Below are positions 27,351-41,344 of a stretch of 64,000 nt of DNA, piece after piece (position 1 is the first letter of the stretch; every line of letters begins with the position of its first letter). A program made the translations under genes and the position numbers. The DNA is from Octopus sinensis (Eukaryota). The DNA lies in contig NC_042999.1 of NCBI RefSeq assembly GCF_006345805.1, positions 33,232,001 through 33,296,000 on the forward strand, read 5' to 3'. The notes beneath the pieces were generated by a model. It did no database searches, was not told the origin of the DNA, and saw only the letters and a list, made by a program, of their open reading frames with translations.

Positions 27351-27702
27351 TTCTGCATGCAACAAAGCGGCAAACTGACAGGATTGTTACAGCCCCAGAA
27401 AAAAATGCTTAACGTCATTTCTTCCGATTTTATGTTTTGTGTTCAAATGTCGCGGAGGTTGACTTTGCATTTCATCATTACATGACGGAAAAACATTATT
27501 ATCTGTATAGCACTAGATTCAATGCCCCAATCCTGGAAATTTCTAGTTTGTACCAAAATTTTAAACAAATATATCTCTTTGCAATGGCTTATGCCAACTA
27601 TTTTAAAACAAGGGTATGAATCAAAAATTGCTCTATTGGGAGATATATTAGTTTGCTGAGAAGTTAATATTTCGGGAAGAAATATTCTGCAGTGAAGTTA
27701 TA

Positions 27703-28119
27703 CTCTCTTTTACTCTTTTACTTGTTTCAGTCATTTGACTACGGCCATGCTGGAGCACCGCCTTTAGTCGAGCAGATCGACCCCGGGACTTATTCTTTGT
27801 AAGCTCAGTACTGATTCTATCGGACTCTTTGGCCGAACCGCTAAGTGACGGGGACGTAAACACACCACCATCGGTTGTCAAACAATGCTAAGGGGACAAA
27901 AACACACACACAAACACACACACAAACACACACACATACACACACACATATATAAATACAGGCTTCTTTCAGTTTCCGTCTACCAAATCCACTCACAAGG
28001 CATTGGTCGGCCCGGGGCTATAGCAGAAGACACTTGCCCAAGATGCCACGCAGTGGGACTGAACCCAGAACCAAGTGGTTGGTTAGCAAGCTACTTACCA
28101 CACAGCCTCTCCTGCGCCT
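27703..28119 (-). mobile_element. Full-length tRNA-derived SINE (family 2, ~420 bp, LINE-like tail)
   Basis: Head aggcgcaggagaggctgtgtggtaag, ggcatcttgggcaagtgtcttc domain, internal (TG)n, tail ggcggtgctccagcatggcc..ctgaaacaagtaaaagag. Confidence 0.9.
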
Positions 28120-29139
28120 ATTTTTCTTTTTTTTAAACTGATGGAACCGTTGGTCTGAATTCTTTTGAAATTTTGAGAGCTGCAACGAATAGAAAAATAC
28201 ATGACACATAATGTAGTGCATTTCATTATATAAGTTACTTTTTCGGAAGGTAAACAGGAGTGTAGAGAGATAAATAAATACTAACTTGAAACAAAGAATT
28301 TAGATATACGTTGAAATAAGAAAACATTGAATTAGTCAGAAGATGCTAGGAAATTTGAAGCATTAAGTAAAAAGGCAAGGTGGAAACTGAAATGAAGATA
28401 AAGGGTGGTGTTATGGTAAGGACAGTAGAAGGAAGGCTAAATTTCCAAAATTCAGAAATAGGATGACAATTAGTATAATGGAAGAGTTTCACTATTACAG
28501 GCTAACGAAGAAGTGTCAGGAGTAATGTCGTATAGGGATTCAATAATGTATAGTGTTCAATATGTAAGACTAGTTTAGAAACTGATAACAATCTCAAAAA
28601 TCAGTTTGGTAAATCAATATCTTAGGCTAAGAGTAAGGTTGCACTTAGGATGTTAGTCGATGATCATTGTTTTCTGATACTGCTGCTCACTAAATCATAA
28701 ATTTTTGGAGCCGAATATTTCTCATGTTGGTATTTGCCTAGAAAAAAATTTCACACTTAGGTTATTACTTGTGAACATGTAAATGATATGTAAAATATTA
28801 ATTACTAATATCTTAAAAATCATGTTCCGTGTTTATTGACAATCGCCAAAACATTCCAAGTCATTTCCTTTATTAATTTTTCCGCCAGACTAGCAGTAAT
28901 GTATACAACAAATGCTTTACTTATTTTCTTGTTTTACTATCCTTTCTTCTCCAAACCCTTCAAAGAATGCTTTGTCATTTATCAGTCAATGTTTAATAAG
29001 TCTCAGTACGACTTCTGGATAACTGCCAAATTTGTGAATCGATTTTGCGATGGCATTCAGTTAATTTTTGAAAATTCCATTCGTTTGTAAACAGTAGATT
29101 AAAGTTAAATTGTAGTAACAATCAGTATTATTTGACGGA

Positions 29140-31660
29140 TTACACTGGTCAACACACTCGTTTGCTGACTTCTATGTTGTGGTTTTTTTAATTAATTCTG
29201 AGTTGTTGAATTCAAATGTAGCATCTATTGTTTCTAACACATAAGGTTTTCATTCTGTAGCATATTCCTTCCTTATGATGTACTGTAAAAATAATCTACT
29301 TGCTCGGGATAGTTTACTATGTCTTATAGCTTCAGACCATAATTTATGATGTCAATAGAATATGAAAGTGAAATGTATGATGGCAACACCTTTTACTAAA
29401 TACATACTGTTAATTCTCTAATATGAGGGATAAAACACAATTCATCATGCACTTGTCTTCATATTCACGGAACAAATTTTCGCTTTCAAAAGCATCACGA
29501 ATGTTTCATGTCTACACAATCTCTTTGAATACTCCAACAGTGCTCCGCCTTCATGTGTGTACTCGTTCGGCCTTGATATATTTCCTTCATAATCTGGATT
29601 GCTTGATGAAAACATTCACCTTGTTCATTGCTATGATTAGCAGGAACTTAATCGAGATGGAAACTCAGGAAATGAAGCTTTATGCTCATGTTGCAGCCTA
29701 AAAGATGAAAGCTATCAAGTAATGTCTCCACCAAATCCTTGGAGTCCCAGACTTTTCACTCCCCGAAAATCCTTTCACAACAGCCACAAACGAATCTCGT
29801 GCTCTTTCTACTACGTCTGCCATCGCGATCAAGAAATTCTGGCATTTCATTACCATTCTGATATGCGGCCCATCAAAAATACCAGCTGTTATTTTGTCAT
29901 CAAATAGGCCAGGAAATGCCGTACATATGAATTTCAAACAGTTACCCTTTACGTTAAGAGCTTTGACAATTAGTCCTAGTTTAATATGAAGGGGTGGGAA
30001 GATGATTTTCTCTCCCTCAACATATAGTTGGTGCATGATATTCTTCTTCCCAAAACTCAAACTTATCCTAACCTGTAAGAGTTTCTGCTCCCAATGTTTG
30101 TCTCTCGCTCGGCTATACCATAAACACAGGAAATACGGATATTGGCCATCAAGACGTTGATCATTTTAGATCCAGACATATGACCCATTTGTGTTTATAA
30201 TACTTGAGTGAATCTAATACAACTTTTATGTAATCAAAATCTTTTAACTGCACCAATAGGAAACGCACCAAACAACTTTCCATTACGGAGTAATACACAC
30301 TTTAGATTCTTCTTTGAACTATCTAGAATCTCCATTCGTTAAGATCGTACAGTTCAACATCCATCGTGTTTAAAAATCCCGCCATGTCAAAACAGTAAGC
30401 AAAATATTTTCCAGTTCAGATAAAAAGACATTTTGTTTTTAAAGTCACGTTTGTTTCTTACTGCAATAGATTCTTCACTCTAAGTCTAGAAGCTAACAAT
30501 TCTTATTTCTTTATTGCCCACAAGGAGCTAAACATAGAGGGGACAAACGAGAACAGACAAGGGGATTAAGCCGATTACATCGACCCCAGTGCGTAACTGG
30601 TGCTTAATTTATCGACCCCGAAAGGATAAAAAGCAAAGTCGACCTCGGCGGAATTTGCACTCAGAACGTAGCGGCAGACGAAATACCTATTTCTTTACTA
30701 CCCATAAGGGGCTAAACACAAAGAGGACAAACACGGACAGACACACGGATTAAGTCGATTACATCGACTCCAGTGCGTAACTGGTACTAAATTTATCGAC
30801 CCCGAAAGGATGAAAGGTAAAGTCGACCCCGGTGGAATTTGAACTCAGAACACAAGGACAGACAAAATACCACTAAGCATTTCGCCCGGCGTGCTAACGT
30901 TTCTGCCACATCGCCGTTAACAATTCTGATAACCCTTTTAACAGTTCTAGGTCTTTAACTAAATCATAAGTTCTGCCTGGTTGATGTGTTCACGTTCTTT
31001 GATTGATGTTTCTACACAGTCTGTATCACTGCCATGTTCATGATTTACTTCTACTTCACATATATCACTTAGATCTTGCAGTACAGGTAGACGCTTGAAA
31101 ACGGGTTGCTGAATCCAGATTTGGATAACATTTTCTGCCACATTCTCTTCCTATAACAAGCAGTCTTTGTGAGACAAAAGCAGCAATCGTTTACCTGGTT
31201 CTTTGTCTCCCACCATACCATACGAATGCCAAATGTTAGTTATTTCCTTGTGTCCTTCGTCAATTGGCGTAAATGTTTGGACAGAGGGTTTACATATATT
31301 GTGCGGGGCCCAGGACTTGTCCCGATCAGCAAATTTAATCGTAAAGAAAGTCAAGTAGGATCTTTTCACAAAGTCACCAATGTTCATTCTTTGATTTAGT
31401 ACTGTAAAACACCCACGTATATAACAAAGAGAGTGGTGGGAATTCAAACATTTCCTTCGCAGTGACGTCATGCTACAGAACCCACGCGTTATTTCATTAA
31501 AATAAATGTGAAAAGCGAGAAAATAATACAGAATGTCTTTATATATCTATGTGTGTCAAAATAGATGTCTAAACACATAGATAAAATAAATTTTCAACAG
31601 AAATTATATCTTTTGCATATTTATTGATAGTAAGAAGATGTTAACAACCCAAATTATGAT
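29140..31660 (-). mobile_element. Decayed DNA transposon, probably CMC/Chapaev3-type
   Basis: Fragments RKCLNS..LCYIRG..DRDKSWAPHNICK (31151-31471) and IIFPPLHIKLGL..AGIFDGPHIR (29698-30060); CAC-starting left end at about 29147. Superfamily assigned from recalled motifs; right end uncertain. Confidence 0.7.
30497..30918 (-). mobile_element. Tandem SINE dimer (family 1) nested in the transposase
   Basis: Full copy at 30693-30918 joined to a 5'-truncated copy at 30497-30692; interrupts the transposase fragments. Confidence 0.88.
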
Positions 31661-32020
31661 GGTCGAATGTTCGAGTACATATTTATTAGGAAACACAGTT
31701 CTAGACAGATTCATATCCTTGATCGACAGAGCGTCACATCCTACCCCACTGAACGCTCAATTGGCACTGATACTCTTACTGCAAACGTACCCTACGAAAA
31801 ACACATCGAGAAATTTCTGAAACATTGACCAACAGGGGTGGGGGTCAATATGGACCAGCTCATAGAAAAAATGTCGACGTGATAGAATACAACTATTCTC
31901 ACTTTAACTCTTAGGGACCCCAAATTACTCCAAAATAGGTCTGAAACTTAGGTCAGCAGAAAAACAGAATTTGTTGGATACCTGCTAATTACGTATCGTG
32001 GGCGTGGAAATGGTATCTAG

Positions 32021-32175
32021 CCATGGTGGAAACTGCGACCCGCGGGCTGCATGCGGTCTGTAAAACGTGCTGAATGGTACGCAGAGCGAAATGTTATAGC
32101 TTTTCAGTGTGACCTGACTTATGATGAGCCATTTCTCAAGCGGTCCACTTCTCGAAAAAGGGAGCCCGAGCCTGA
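32021..32175. mobile_element. Possible hAT/Charlie-like MITE remnant
   Basis: ggaaactgcgacccgcgggctgcatgcgg...gcggtccac..aaaaagggagcccgagcctg resembles Charlie-type termini; no clear TSD. Confidence 0.35.
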
Positions 32176-33224
32176 TTATGGTAAAGGGTAATTCCGCGGA
32201 GAAAACTTCGAATGAATATCATATGAATATTTTAAGATAATGTTTTGAATTCGTCCATATTACACATTTGTCGTATTCAAGTGAGATGAAATGAATGTAC
32301 ACGAAGAAAATGAATTTAAATTACCAGAAATTATATATAAGTATTAACTAACTTGGGAATTCACAGATTAAAGTTATAGTTATTTTTGAAAAGTTCATAA
32401 ATGAATGAACTAGAGATGTAAAATAATTTGAAATAATGAGAAACCAGCAATGCAGAGGAAATAAAATGTTGTAGAACAGGCATTATCAGGAATAGTTAGT
32501 GAAGATGAAGTCATAATGAAAAGAAAAACTTACGTTGTTTAATATGCTGTGCAAAAAGATATCAATTCAAATTAGTTAGCTTGGTACAGAATTGAAATCT
32601 TTAAGAAGTCATGTAATGAATAATAATAAACAAAGGTAAAAATGAATATGCGGTTTTAAATATTGATTAATCTAGAATTCTCTTAGCTATGTGGATATTT
32701 AGCAAGATGAGGATACAGTAAAGAGAGAAAAAAACTTATTTTGAATTTAATGAGAAATACATGAGATTTTATAACTAGCAGAATTCGCTAACGTTCATCC
32801 GCGTGAATATAGATGCATTACAATTAAAATCTTGCACAACAAATATATAAACGTAACCATTAGAATTCTTCTTCATAAATGTATATTCTGTTTAATGATG
32901 CATTAACATTGCCCGTAAAAAGAAAACGGTTTGCTGCTCTATGCTAGTTTGCCATCTGATACACACATGCTACACACATATAGACTCACGATCTTTTACC
33001 CTGTCATTCGCTTGCGTCCATGCTGGGGCTACGCCTTGAAGGATTTAGAAACTCGAGGTGGTTCTGTTAATTCAGACGCTGGTGGGATTTAAATGAACTC
33101 CTAACGCAAAGAGAAGGAACTAATACGACAAGGCGCTCTAGGTACGCAAAGTCCAGTTTATGATTGACAGAGTATCCGATTGAGAAATGAAATAAGAATG
33201 AATGATAGTGGCTTTGATTTTTTG

Positions 33225-33423
33225 GCATAAGGCCTGGAATTTTGAGGGAGAGGATCAGTCAATTACATTGGCTAAGTTCGTAGCTAGTGCTTACATTCAT
33301 CGATCGCGAAAGGCTAAACGACAAAGTCGAGCTCGGGGTAATTTGAACTCAGAACGTAAGGACGGGCGATATGTCGAATAGCATTTTTGTCTTTCGTGTT
33401 AACGATTCTACCAGCTCGCCTTC
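33225..33423 (-). mobile_element. Degenerate SINE (family 1)
   Basis: caaagtcgagctcggggtaatttgaactcagaacgt...ccagctcgcctt matches the reverse of the 22956 copy. Confidence 0.8.
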
Positions 33424-34520
33424 TAATAACGAATCCCTAATATTGTAAATGAAGAAACCATTTCCTGAACTGATCAGACATTCACGAAAGAAATCACATT
33501 ATTAGGATTCTTTTACAATTTTCATTTTAACTACGATATAATACCTGCAAAATAATAATAGTAACTGCGGTTAGAGATAACAATATTGCAAAAAATAACT
33601 TAGCAAAGAATACAATTAATTATTTTGTTAACGTAACTCAGCATTTAAAGCGTAGCACATCTGCTACTTGTATTGATGAAGATGAATGTTATAGTCGCAA
33701 CAATGTAGGAAAAATCGCAAGATAAATGCTATGGGCTGTATTATGAGCAGAAGATGGATATTATTGTTTGCACAATACATTTTGATCACTTGATTAGTGT
33801 GTAACAAAACAATGATGTTAAGGAAAATTATTACATTTTATACAATATTGTTATGACCTCCAAAATTGTTATACTATGTAGAATGTCGTTATGATCACGG
33901 AAGATGTATGTATGATGATGGAAGATGTTATATTCGATACTTTTGATCGCATGATGAATGCTTAAGTTTGAAACTTCAGTAATTATTATTATATTGTATA
34001 ATAAATAACACTGTGTAACACGGCTTTTGTCCTTGGGTAGCAATTGTTATATTGTTATTTCCGATTTACTTACCGCTAGAAAGTACGAAAAATCGCTAAT
34101 ATTTCCTTCAAACTTTGCTATTCTTATGCTTATTCAAACCCCAAAGAAACCTTTCCCACACATGTCTATGATGCACCACCGCTACTTCTACTCATGATCA
34201 GAGATGCAAATATTGTCAGCTACTAAGGGACGTGCTGAAGTGGTTAAGGTCAAGGAATTGAGAAGCAAATCTGTGGTATTGAACAGAACATTTGCTATAA
34301 TTATATTTCTGCGTTAGCAGCTCCGCGTTGAATCTGTCTGAAATGTAATGAAAAATAGGTTAGTTTCCAAACACTTATACCGAGGAAGCGACCGCAAAAT
34401 TTGAAGAGAATAGTAGTTATTACTAGAGAGAAGCAAATATGAAATAACACTTACTGACCATAGACAATATTTATTTTAAATTCTAATTTGTTACACGGTG
34501 TAATTATTATCATGATCTTG

Positions 34521-34900
34521 TGGAGGCGCAATGGCCCAGTGGTTAGGGCAGCGGACTCGCGGTCATAGGATCGCGGTTTCGATTCCCAGACCGAGCGTTG
34601 AGTGTTTATTGAGCGAAAACATCTAAAGCTCCACGAGGCTCCGGCAGGGGATGGTGGTGATCCCTGCTGTACTCTTTCACCACAACTTTCTCTCACTCTT
34701 ACTTCCTGTTTCTGTTGTACCTGTATTTCAAAGGGCCGGCCTTGTCACTCTCTGTGTCACGCTGAATATCCCCGAGAACTACGTTAAGGGTACACGTGTC
34801 TGTGGAGTGATCAGCCACTTACACGTTAATTTCACGAGCAGGCTGTTCCGTTGATTCGGATCAACGGGAACCCTCGTCGTCGTAACCGACGGAGTGCTTC
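34521..34900 (+). mobile_element. Full-length tRNA-derived SINE (family 3) with 10-bp TSD
   Basis: tggcccagtggttag (A box), ggtttcgattccc (B box); CATGATCTTG duplicated at 34511-34520 and 34901-34910. Confidence 0.9.
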
Positions 34901-35191
34901 CATGATCTTGATCTGCTGTAGTTTGTACTATATGGCTGCTATTTTCTCCTTGTTATATTTTCTGCTCGTGTATTTTGAGGTCACAATTCTATTATTGTAT
35001 CTTCAATCACACTATTACGATTAGGAGGGGTGTTTTGTAGTTTTGGTGTTATTTATAAAAGGATATGGATATCATAATTAAGACATAGTAGAGTAGTTAT
35101 GTACAGTCACTGTTGTTTTATAAAGAATCATATTTTAGACGTCAGCAGGAGAATGGTAGTCAATCCTGGTTGTTCAAGAATGTCTATGATG

Positions 35192-35517
35192 TCATATAAA
35201 CATGAGATATGTTTTCTATTGAGGGCTTTAGACAAAGGTCCTCAATAAGTGGTTTATAGTTTAGATTAATATCTGTGATATTGGTCGATACTAAATGTAA
35301 TAAATTTCCGGATATTAATCGAGATACTTTATTATTTTCCATTATTTTTGCTTGTCGATTAGCTGAACGGAAAATGATAAATTATCTTTATTAATACCCG
35401 GAAATTTATTAATTTTAGTACCAACTAATATCGTAGATATTAATATAAACTATAGCACACTTATTGTGGACCTGTGTCTAAATCCATCAATAGAAAACGT
35501 ATCGCACGTTTATATGA
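35192..35517. repeat. Old degenerate inverted repeat (~149-bp arms, 28-bp spacer)
   Basis: 35192-35340 aligns to the reverse complement of 35369-35517 at roughly 75-80% by eye. Confidence 0.75.
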
Positions 35518-35739
35518 ATATATATGTTTGTGTATTTTTATTATAATTATATAAAAAAAGATAAAAAAGAAAAAATACAAACTACTGCAATAATCCCCCC
35601 CTCTCAACAATGTAATATGTATGTACCTAAGCGTATGTTTATACGTAAATATATACGTGTGTGTGTATGTATTCCTCATTTATATACCTATTCATTCTTA
35701 CATAACTACAATAATCTTAAGATATATGAACTTTCAAAA

Positions 35740-35858
35740 CTCTGACGAAGCCCAGAGACACACCCAAGAACCATAATCTTATCTACGAAATACTTCAGTC
35801 CACTGAAGGGATGGAAGTATCGGGGTTACTATGGCCTCTTGGTTGAAATATGTGTAAG
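35740..35858 (+). ncRNA. Degenerate hammerhead-like motif with branched loop 2
   Basis: CT-CTGACGA-AGCCCAGAG..(78 nt)..CTCTTGGTT-GAAAT ATGT GTA-AG; stem I is only 2 bp. Confidence 0.4.
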
Positions 35859-36239
35859 AGACTATCCTACTTTCTATACTCTACGTTATATATTTTAATA
35901 ATTACTGGTATTTTTATATATTATATATAGAAAGCATAATGTTATACATGTATGTACATTGGTATATTGTTATAAGAGTTTTTTTAATAAAGACATAATA
36001 TAATGTCTAAAAGTTGATGAATACCACCTCGTACTCCCCTCCATTTTCTTATTGCTGTTATTGCTGTATAAATGAAGGGTAAAAGACATTTTATACTCAC
36101 CCATTTATTACATTCAGTAGTGTGATTTCCATGCAATGAAAAGGCACATATGTGATAATAACTAGGTTTTCTACCAGCAGTATATAGGATGAATATTATC
36201 CCTTAGTTGGTTGGATTCACAACCTCTCTAACTTTCTTG

Positions 36240-36314
<75 letters not shown>

Positions 36315-36376
36315 GAGAGTATGTATGTATGCATCATTGAATTTATACATGCACATAGAGATGCACACACACAACT

Positions 36377-36419
<43 letters not shown>

Positions 36420-36421
36420 CA

Positions 36422-38240
36422 TAAGGTTTGAAAATGCAATTTTAAAAGATGTTTATTCACTCGACCGGTTTCACTCTTTTAGAATAAAGATTGTCAAAAG
36501 TAACATGTAAAAGCTTTGTTGTGTTAGGTACTGGTTGTCACAAAATGTTATAATACATATATACATTCTTTGATAATAATAACAACATGTTAAAAAGAGT
36601 TTACAAGGACAAATCTTGGGAAAATATTAAAAAGTTCATTAGAATATTAGGTACAAAAATTACTATACATAAATACATGCTTTGATAATAATGAGAAAAT
36701 ATTAAAAACTGTTTACAGAAAAAATCTTGAGAAATTATTAAAAAGTTCATAAAAAATATTAGGATTTCATTAGAAATCATGTTTGTTTGGAATTATCTAT
36801 CTATCTATATATATATATATATATATACACAGAAAATATATATACACAGAAAATTACACACACACAAACGCATACTCACTACCAACACACACAAAACGCA
36901 TATACACACCACCCTGATAAACCCAACACACATGGATACACAGAAACCCTGATAAATACAACACACTTACACACACATACATATGCACCCTCACACACAT
37001 AGGAATGCTCTCACACACACACCACATGGACATTTTAAATACAAACATACTCAGATAGTCACAATCACATACACACACATAACATCCACACCAACACAAA
37101 AACACACAAACATACACGCGCGCACATACAGACGCATATATACACACATATGCGCACACACAGCACCATGACAAATACCAATCACACACATACATATACA
37201 TACACAACACCAAGACACAAACGATTGATCACATACACACCTACCACAAGGACAATTAAAACACAAACAGAGTAAGACAGATACAACACACACACACTCA
37301 CATACACTCACATAACATCCCACTAACACAAACACACGCGTGCATATACAGATTATATACACACACGCGAACAAACAGATACACATACAACACCGTAACA
37401 AATATTAACCACACACATGAACACACACAAACGTGCACACATATACACACACCATCCTACCAAATACTAAACACACACAGACACATTTACATGCACCACA
37501 ATAAATCCTGGGCCCAATCAAAAACGGCCCCCACACACGAACACAAACACATGTATATATATACGCACACACAGACAACACACACCCACACCATTCTGAC
37601 CTCAAAAGACCGATCCCCAAAACCACTGACCCTTGAAAGAGAATCAAAAACTTCTTTTTAATTCCACATTGCTCTTACTTCCCCCACGCAAACACACCTC
37701 CTACACTGTCCCTAGTAATAGAAATTAGTCTTTTACGATAAAATGGTGAAACAGGTCAGTTCATCCCAAATTCTTTGTAAACTAAATATATCTCCTTCTT
37801 TATATATATATATACTATGAAAATATGACCTTTTTGAACTTATAAGTTTCTGTGCATATATAGAGATTCTTCCAAACAAACATGATTTCTAATGAAATCC
37901 TAATATTTTTTATGAACTTTTTAATAATTTCTCAAGATATTTTCTGTGAACTGTTTTTAACATTTTCTTATTATTCTCAAAGAATGTATATGTGTATTGT
38001 AATTTTTGTGCCTAATATTTTAATGAACTTTTTTAACATTTTCCCAAGATTTTTCCTTGTAAACTGTTTTAACATGTTATTAATATCAAAGAATGTATAT
38101 ATGTATTGTAATATCTTGTGACAACCGTACCCAACACAACAAAGCTTTTACATGTTACATTTGACAATCTTTTTTCTAAAAAAATGAAACCTTCTTTATA
38201 TAATTCCACTCGTGCGGTACCTTACAACTTCACTTCGTTA
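36422..38240 (+). mobile_element. Penelope-derived inverted-pLTR insertion (family A) in (TA)n
   Basis: 36422-36792 is an inverted copy of 37870-38195; the right arm alone has the ~50-nt tail ataattccactcgtgcggtacc also seen at 6455-6505; the CA-rich interior is homologous to 7020-7800. Confidence 0.85.
36457..36503 (-). ncRNA. Type I hammerhead-like motif, U3-A8 variant, GUC site
   Basis: Minus strand: TTACTT-TTGACAA-TCTTT attcta AAAGA gt-GAAAC CG GTC-GAGTGA. Confidence 0.6.
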
Positions 38241-38248
38241 TATATACA

Positions 38249-38321
<73 letters not shown>

Positions 38322-38423
38322 GGAGTAAACACATAAATGTGAAACAAGGTGGAAAAAAGAGTACTCAAATACCAGTTGTAGAGTAATATGCTTTATTTTA
38401 AGCAGCAGAAAATTCAACAAAAT

Positions 38424-38461
38424 CTGTTACTCTGAGTTTCTCGTTGCCGTTCATCAGACAG
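38424..38461 (-). ncRNA. Minimal type I hammerhead motif
   Basis: CTGT-CTGATGA-ACG GCAA CGA-GAAAC TCAGA GTA-ACAG; A-A mismatch at the base of stem II. Confidence 0.72.
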
Positions 38462-38473
38462 TTTTTGCAAAAA

Positions 38474-38511
38474 CTGTCTGATGAACGGCAACGAGAAACT
38501 CAGAGTAACAG
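38474..38511 (+). ncRNA. Minimal type I hammerhead motif (mirror copy)
   Basis: Same sequence as 38424-38461 on the opposite strand. Confidence 0.72.
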
Positions 38512-38544
38512 ATTTTGTTAAATTTTCTGCTGCTTAAAATAAAG

Positions 38545-38576
<32 letters not shown>

Positions 38577-38635
38577 TATATGTATATATGTATGCATTTA
38601 TATATGTAGCTGTAAATGGGTATATATATATATTA

Positions 38636-38682
<47 letters not shown>

Positions 38683-39314
38683 TGAGTGTGTGTGTTATAT
38701 GTAGCGGGCTGGATGAAATATGTAATACCAGGTTGATATGATATAGCCCACTAATAAAAGTTGCTTCCAAAGTTTCTCGCGTCGAAGTAACAGTAAACAT
38801 GAAGGAATCAACACCAAGAATTAAGAAATATTACTTACATATGTTTATTCGTTTGCCCGACAGCTAGTGAAAGAGACAAAAACAGTTCTAATCATAGTGA
38901 CAACAAGGTTGGCTCGCTGGTTAGTAGTTGATAGTGTAGAAAAAGTTTCTGTCAGTAGTGAGTGAAAGAGTAATGAATGCACGCTGCTGACTGGAATGGA
39001 AGAAAGTATATAGGAGGTATCGTCTTTCTTGCAGCCGAAGAAAGACTATGGTCAGTAATATAGGTCAAACCCTAAACAAAGGATGGGCCTTGCCATGACC
39101 AGCACAGGTCCTATGGAGTCGAATGTCATAAATCATCTGGTGTGGAGACGATTCATCGCTCGTTTTGAAAAGCAGCCAGCGGGTGGATTTTGTTTCAAAT
39201 CGCAGGCAGGATTAAGTGGGATCCCTACACCTCACCCCACACGCACAGACACACACACACACTCACACTCACACATACATACACACTCACACACACACAC
39301 ACATATGTATATAT

Positions 39315-39480
39315 AGCTGAAATTTACAGAAAACAAAAGTCGAAGACAGCTGTATTAGTTTGACTCTAGGATAATTGAGAACGTCTTTTACGTTTCGAGC
39401 CTACGCTCTTCAAAAGGAAGGGAAAACGCACACAGAGAGAGAATATTGAAAACTTGTGAATTTAGCGACATATGAGTGTG
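39315..39480 (-). mobile_element. Short pLTR-like fragment (family D), hammerhead-like core degenerate
   Basis: CTTTTGAA-GAGC GTAG GCTC-GAAAC GTA-AAAG on the minus strand; homologous to 12372-12530. Confidence 0.5.
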
Positions 39481-40246
39481 TATGTATATATATATTTATA
39501 TGTTGTGTGTGTGTGTGTGTATGTATATGCATAATATATAATTTACAGCCTTCAGGGTATTTATAACAGAGTGCCAATGTGATATTATAGCATAGTTAAT
39601 TTTACTAAGAAATAGAAATGCTAAGCCGGTATGGTACATAAATCATGGATAGTTACTATGAAAGGTGTACATGTGATCTTCAGCACACAACAAAATGTAA
39701 TGAACAAACAAAATATTAATGTAGAAACATTTATTGGTAGTACACAAGTAACATTTAAAATATAAATTTAGTATATATACTCACCTAGAATATGTATCCT
39801 TTATATATTTTCAATTTATTTCAACACGAGACACAAGTTGTAATGTTTAATATTTACGAGTTCTTGCGAGAGGTAGATGTCGTAAATAAACTCTTAATAA
39901 TATTTTCACGTATTTAACAACCACCTTGTAATGTTTAGTTAACTAGTATATTTTTATTAACGGGGTGTGAATAATATCATAGATTACAGCGTATTTTCTG
40001 AGTAATTATTGTGTGTTTTAGTCATATTTTCCATGTCGTTGTCAACAATTGCTGGATGTTGTTGCACGAAATATTACCTCCATCTTATATCTGGCTCTTA
40101 GAAGCACGCTTCACATTGTCATCAACTAGAATTTCATGGTATAAATATACACTGTGTTATTTCTAACACATGCTGAAAGAGTTTCATGACACCTGAATAT
40201 CGAGTCGTTGTTATATTCCACAGACACTAAGTGTTTATTTATGCAT

Positions 40247-40660
40247 AGGCGCAGGCGTGGCTGTGTGATAAGAAGTTTGCTTCTCACCCATATAGCTCCG
40301 GATTCAGTCTCACTGCGTGGCACCTTGGGCAGGTGACTTCTCCTACAGCCTTGGACTGACCAAAGCCTTGTGAAACTGAAAAAAATCCCCGTCGTATACA
40401 TATATGGTGTTATATGTGTGGTTATGTGTGTGTCTGTCTTTCTGTCTGTCTGCGTCTGTATTCGTTCCACCGACATCACTTGACAACTGATGCTGGTGTG
40501 TTTATGTCCCTGTAACTTAGCTGCTCAGCAAAATACACCGATAGAATAAATGCTATGCTCACAGAGAATACGTTTTGAGCTCGATTTCTTCAACTAAAAC
40601 CCTTTAAGACGGTGCTGCAGCGTGGCCGCAGTCAAATAACTAAAACAAGTAAGAGAATAA
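40247..40660 (+). mobile_element. SINE (family 2)
   Basis: Collinear with the reverse complement of 27703-28119, head to tail. Confidence 0.88.
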
Positions 40661-41344
40661 CATAACAAAAGAATATACACGCACTCTTTCTATCATTTAA
40701 TAGGAAATAGATGATACATAATGTTTCAATACCTCTTTCTACATAAAAAGCTGTACCTTTCACACCATTTATCCCCCCCCCCCAGTGTTGCCGCTGAAAT
40801 CCCAGCCCAATAACTGACTAATCGAGTAAGAAAGGGCATTAACTTAATGTAGTAAGACTTACACTGTCACTAAAAATATGATTGGGATATCTTTGGTCAC
40901 GTTCTGCCAACATGGGACACAGGCGATCTCTATTAAGCAACGACAGCAACACGTTCATGTGCTGTTAGAGTATTATTAGTGTTAGTAATAAGGGGATAAG
41001 CCTGAAACATCAATGATGAGAGTGATGCTGTGGGTCGAGAGCCTGTGGGTTAGTGTGTTACTTCTGCAATTTCATTGTTGCTGTTGTTTAGTCCTCAAAA
41101 TCAGCCCCTACTCCATAAGATCTGCAAATAATCTCAGACGTCCCAGCTGCACCTATCCTTTGAGTGATTGCAAGCGTCTGTCTTCCTGTTCATAACATAC
41201 TGTATATCTAAGGAATAGCATTTTTTTTAATAAATGCAACGCTACTACACATCTGACTACGTATGTTTACATATGTGCGTCATGTACCGAAATACAGTAC
41301 AGTATCAGAGGGTCGTTCGTTCGACGTTTGACAATGTATAATGG

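Larger units (their letters stand above)
38320..38544. mobile_element. Leader plus zero-spacer palindrome element (family C), 77-bp arms
   Basis: 38391-38544 is self-complementary about 38467/38468 with 1 mismatch; 71-bp unpaired leader; (TA)n on both sides. Confidence 0.92.

Noticed and set aside
32772-32815. ACTAG-starting Helitron-like terminus
   Set aside because: No matching 3' hairpin/CTRR end could be identified.
38693-39077. Possible solo LTR (TGT..ACA ends, AATAAA on the minus strand)
   Set aside because: No TSD, no second copy and no PBS/PPT visible.
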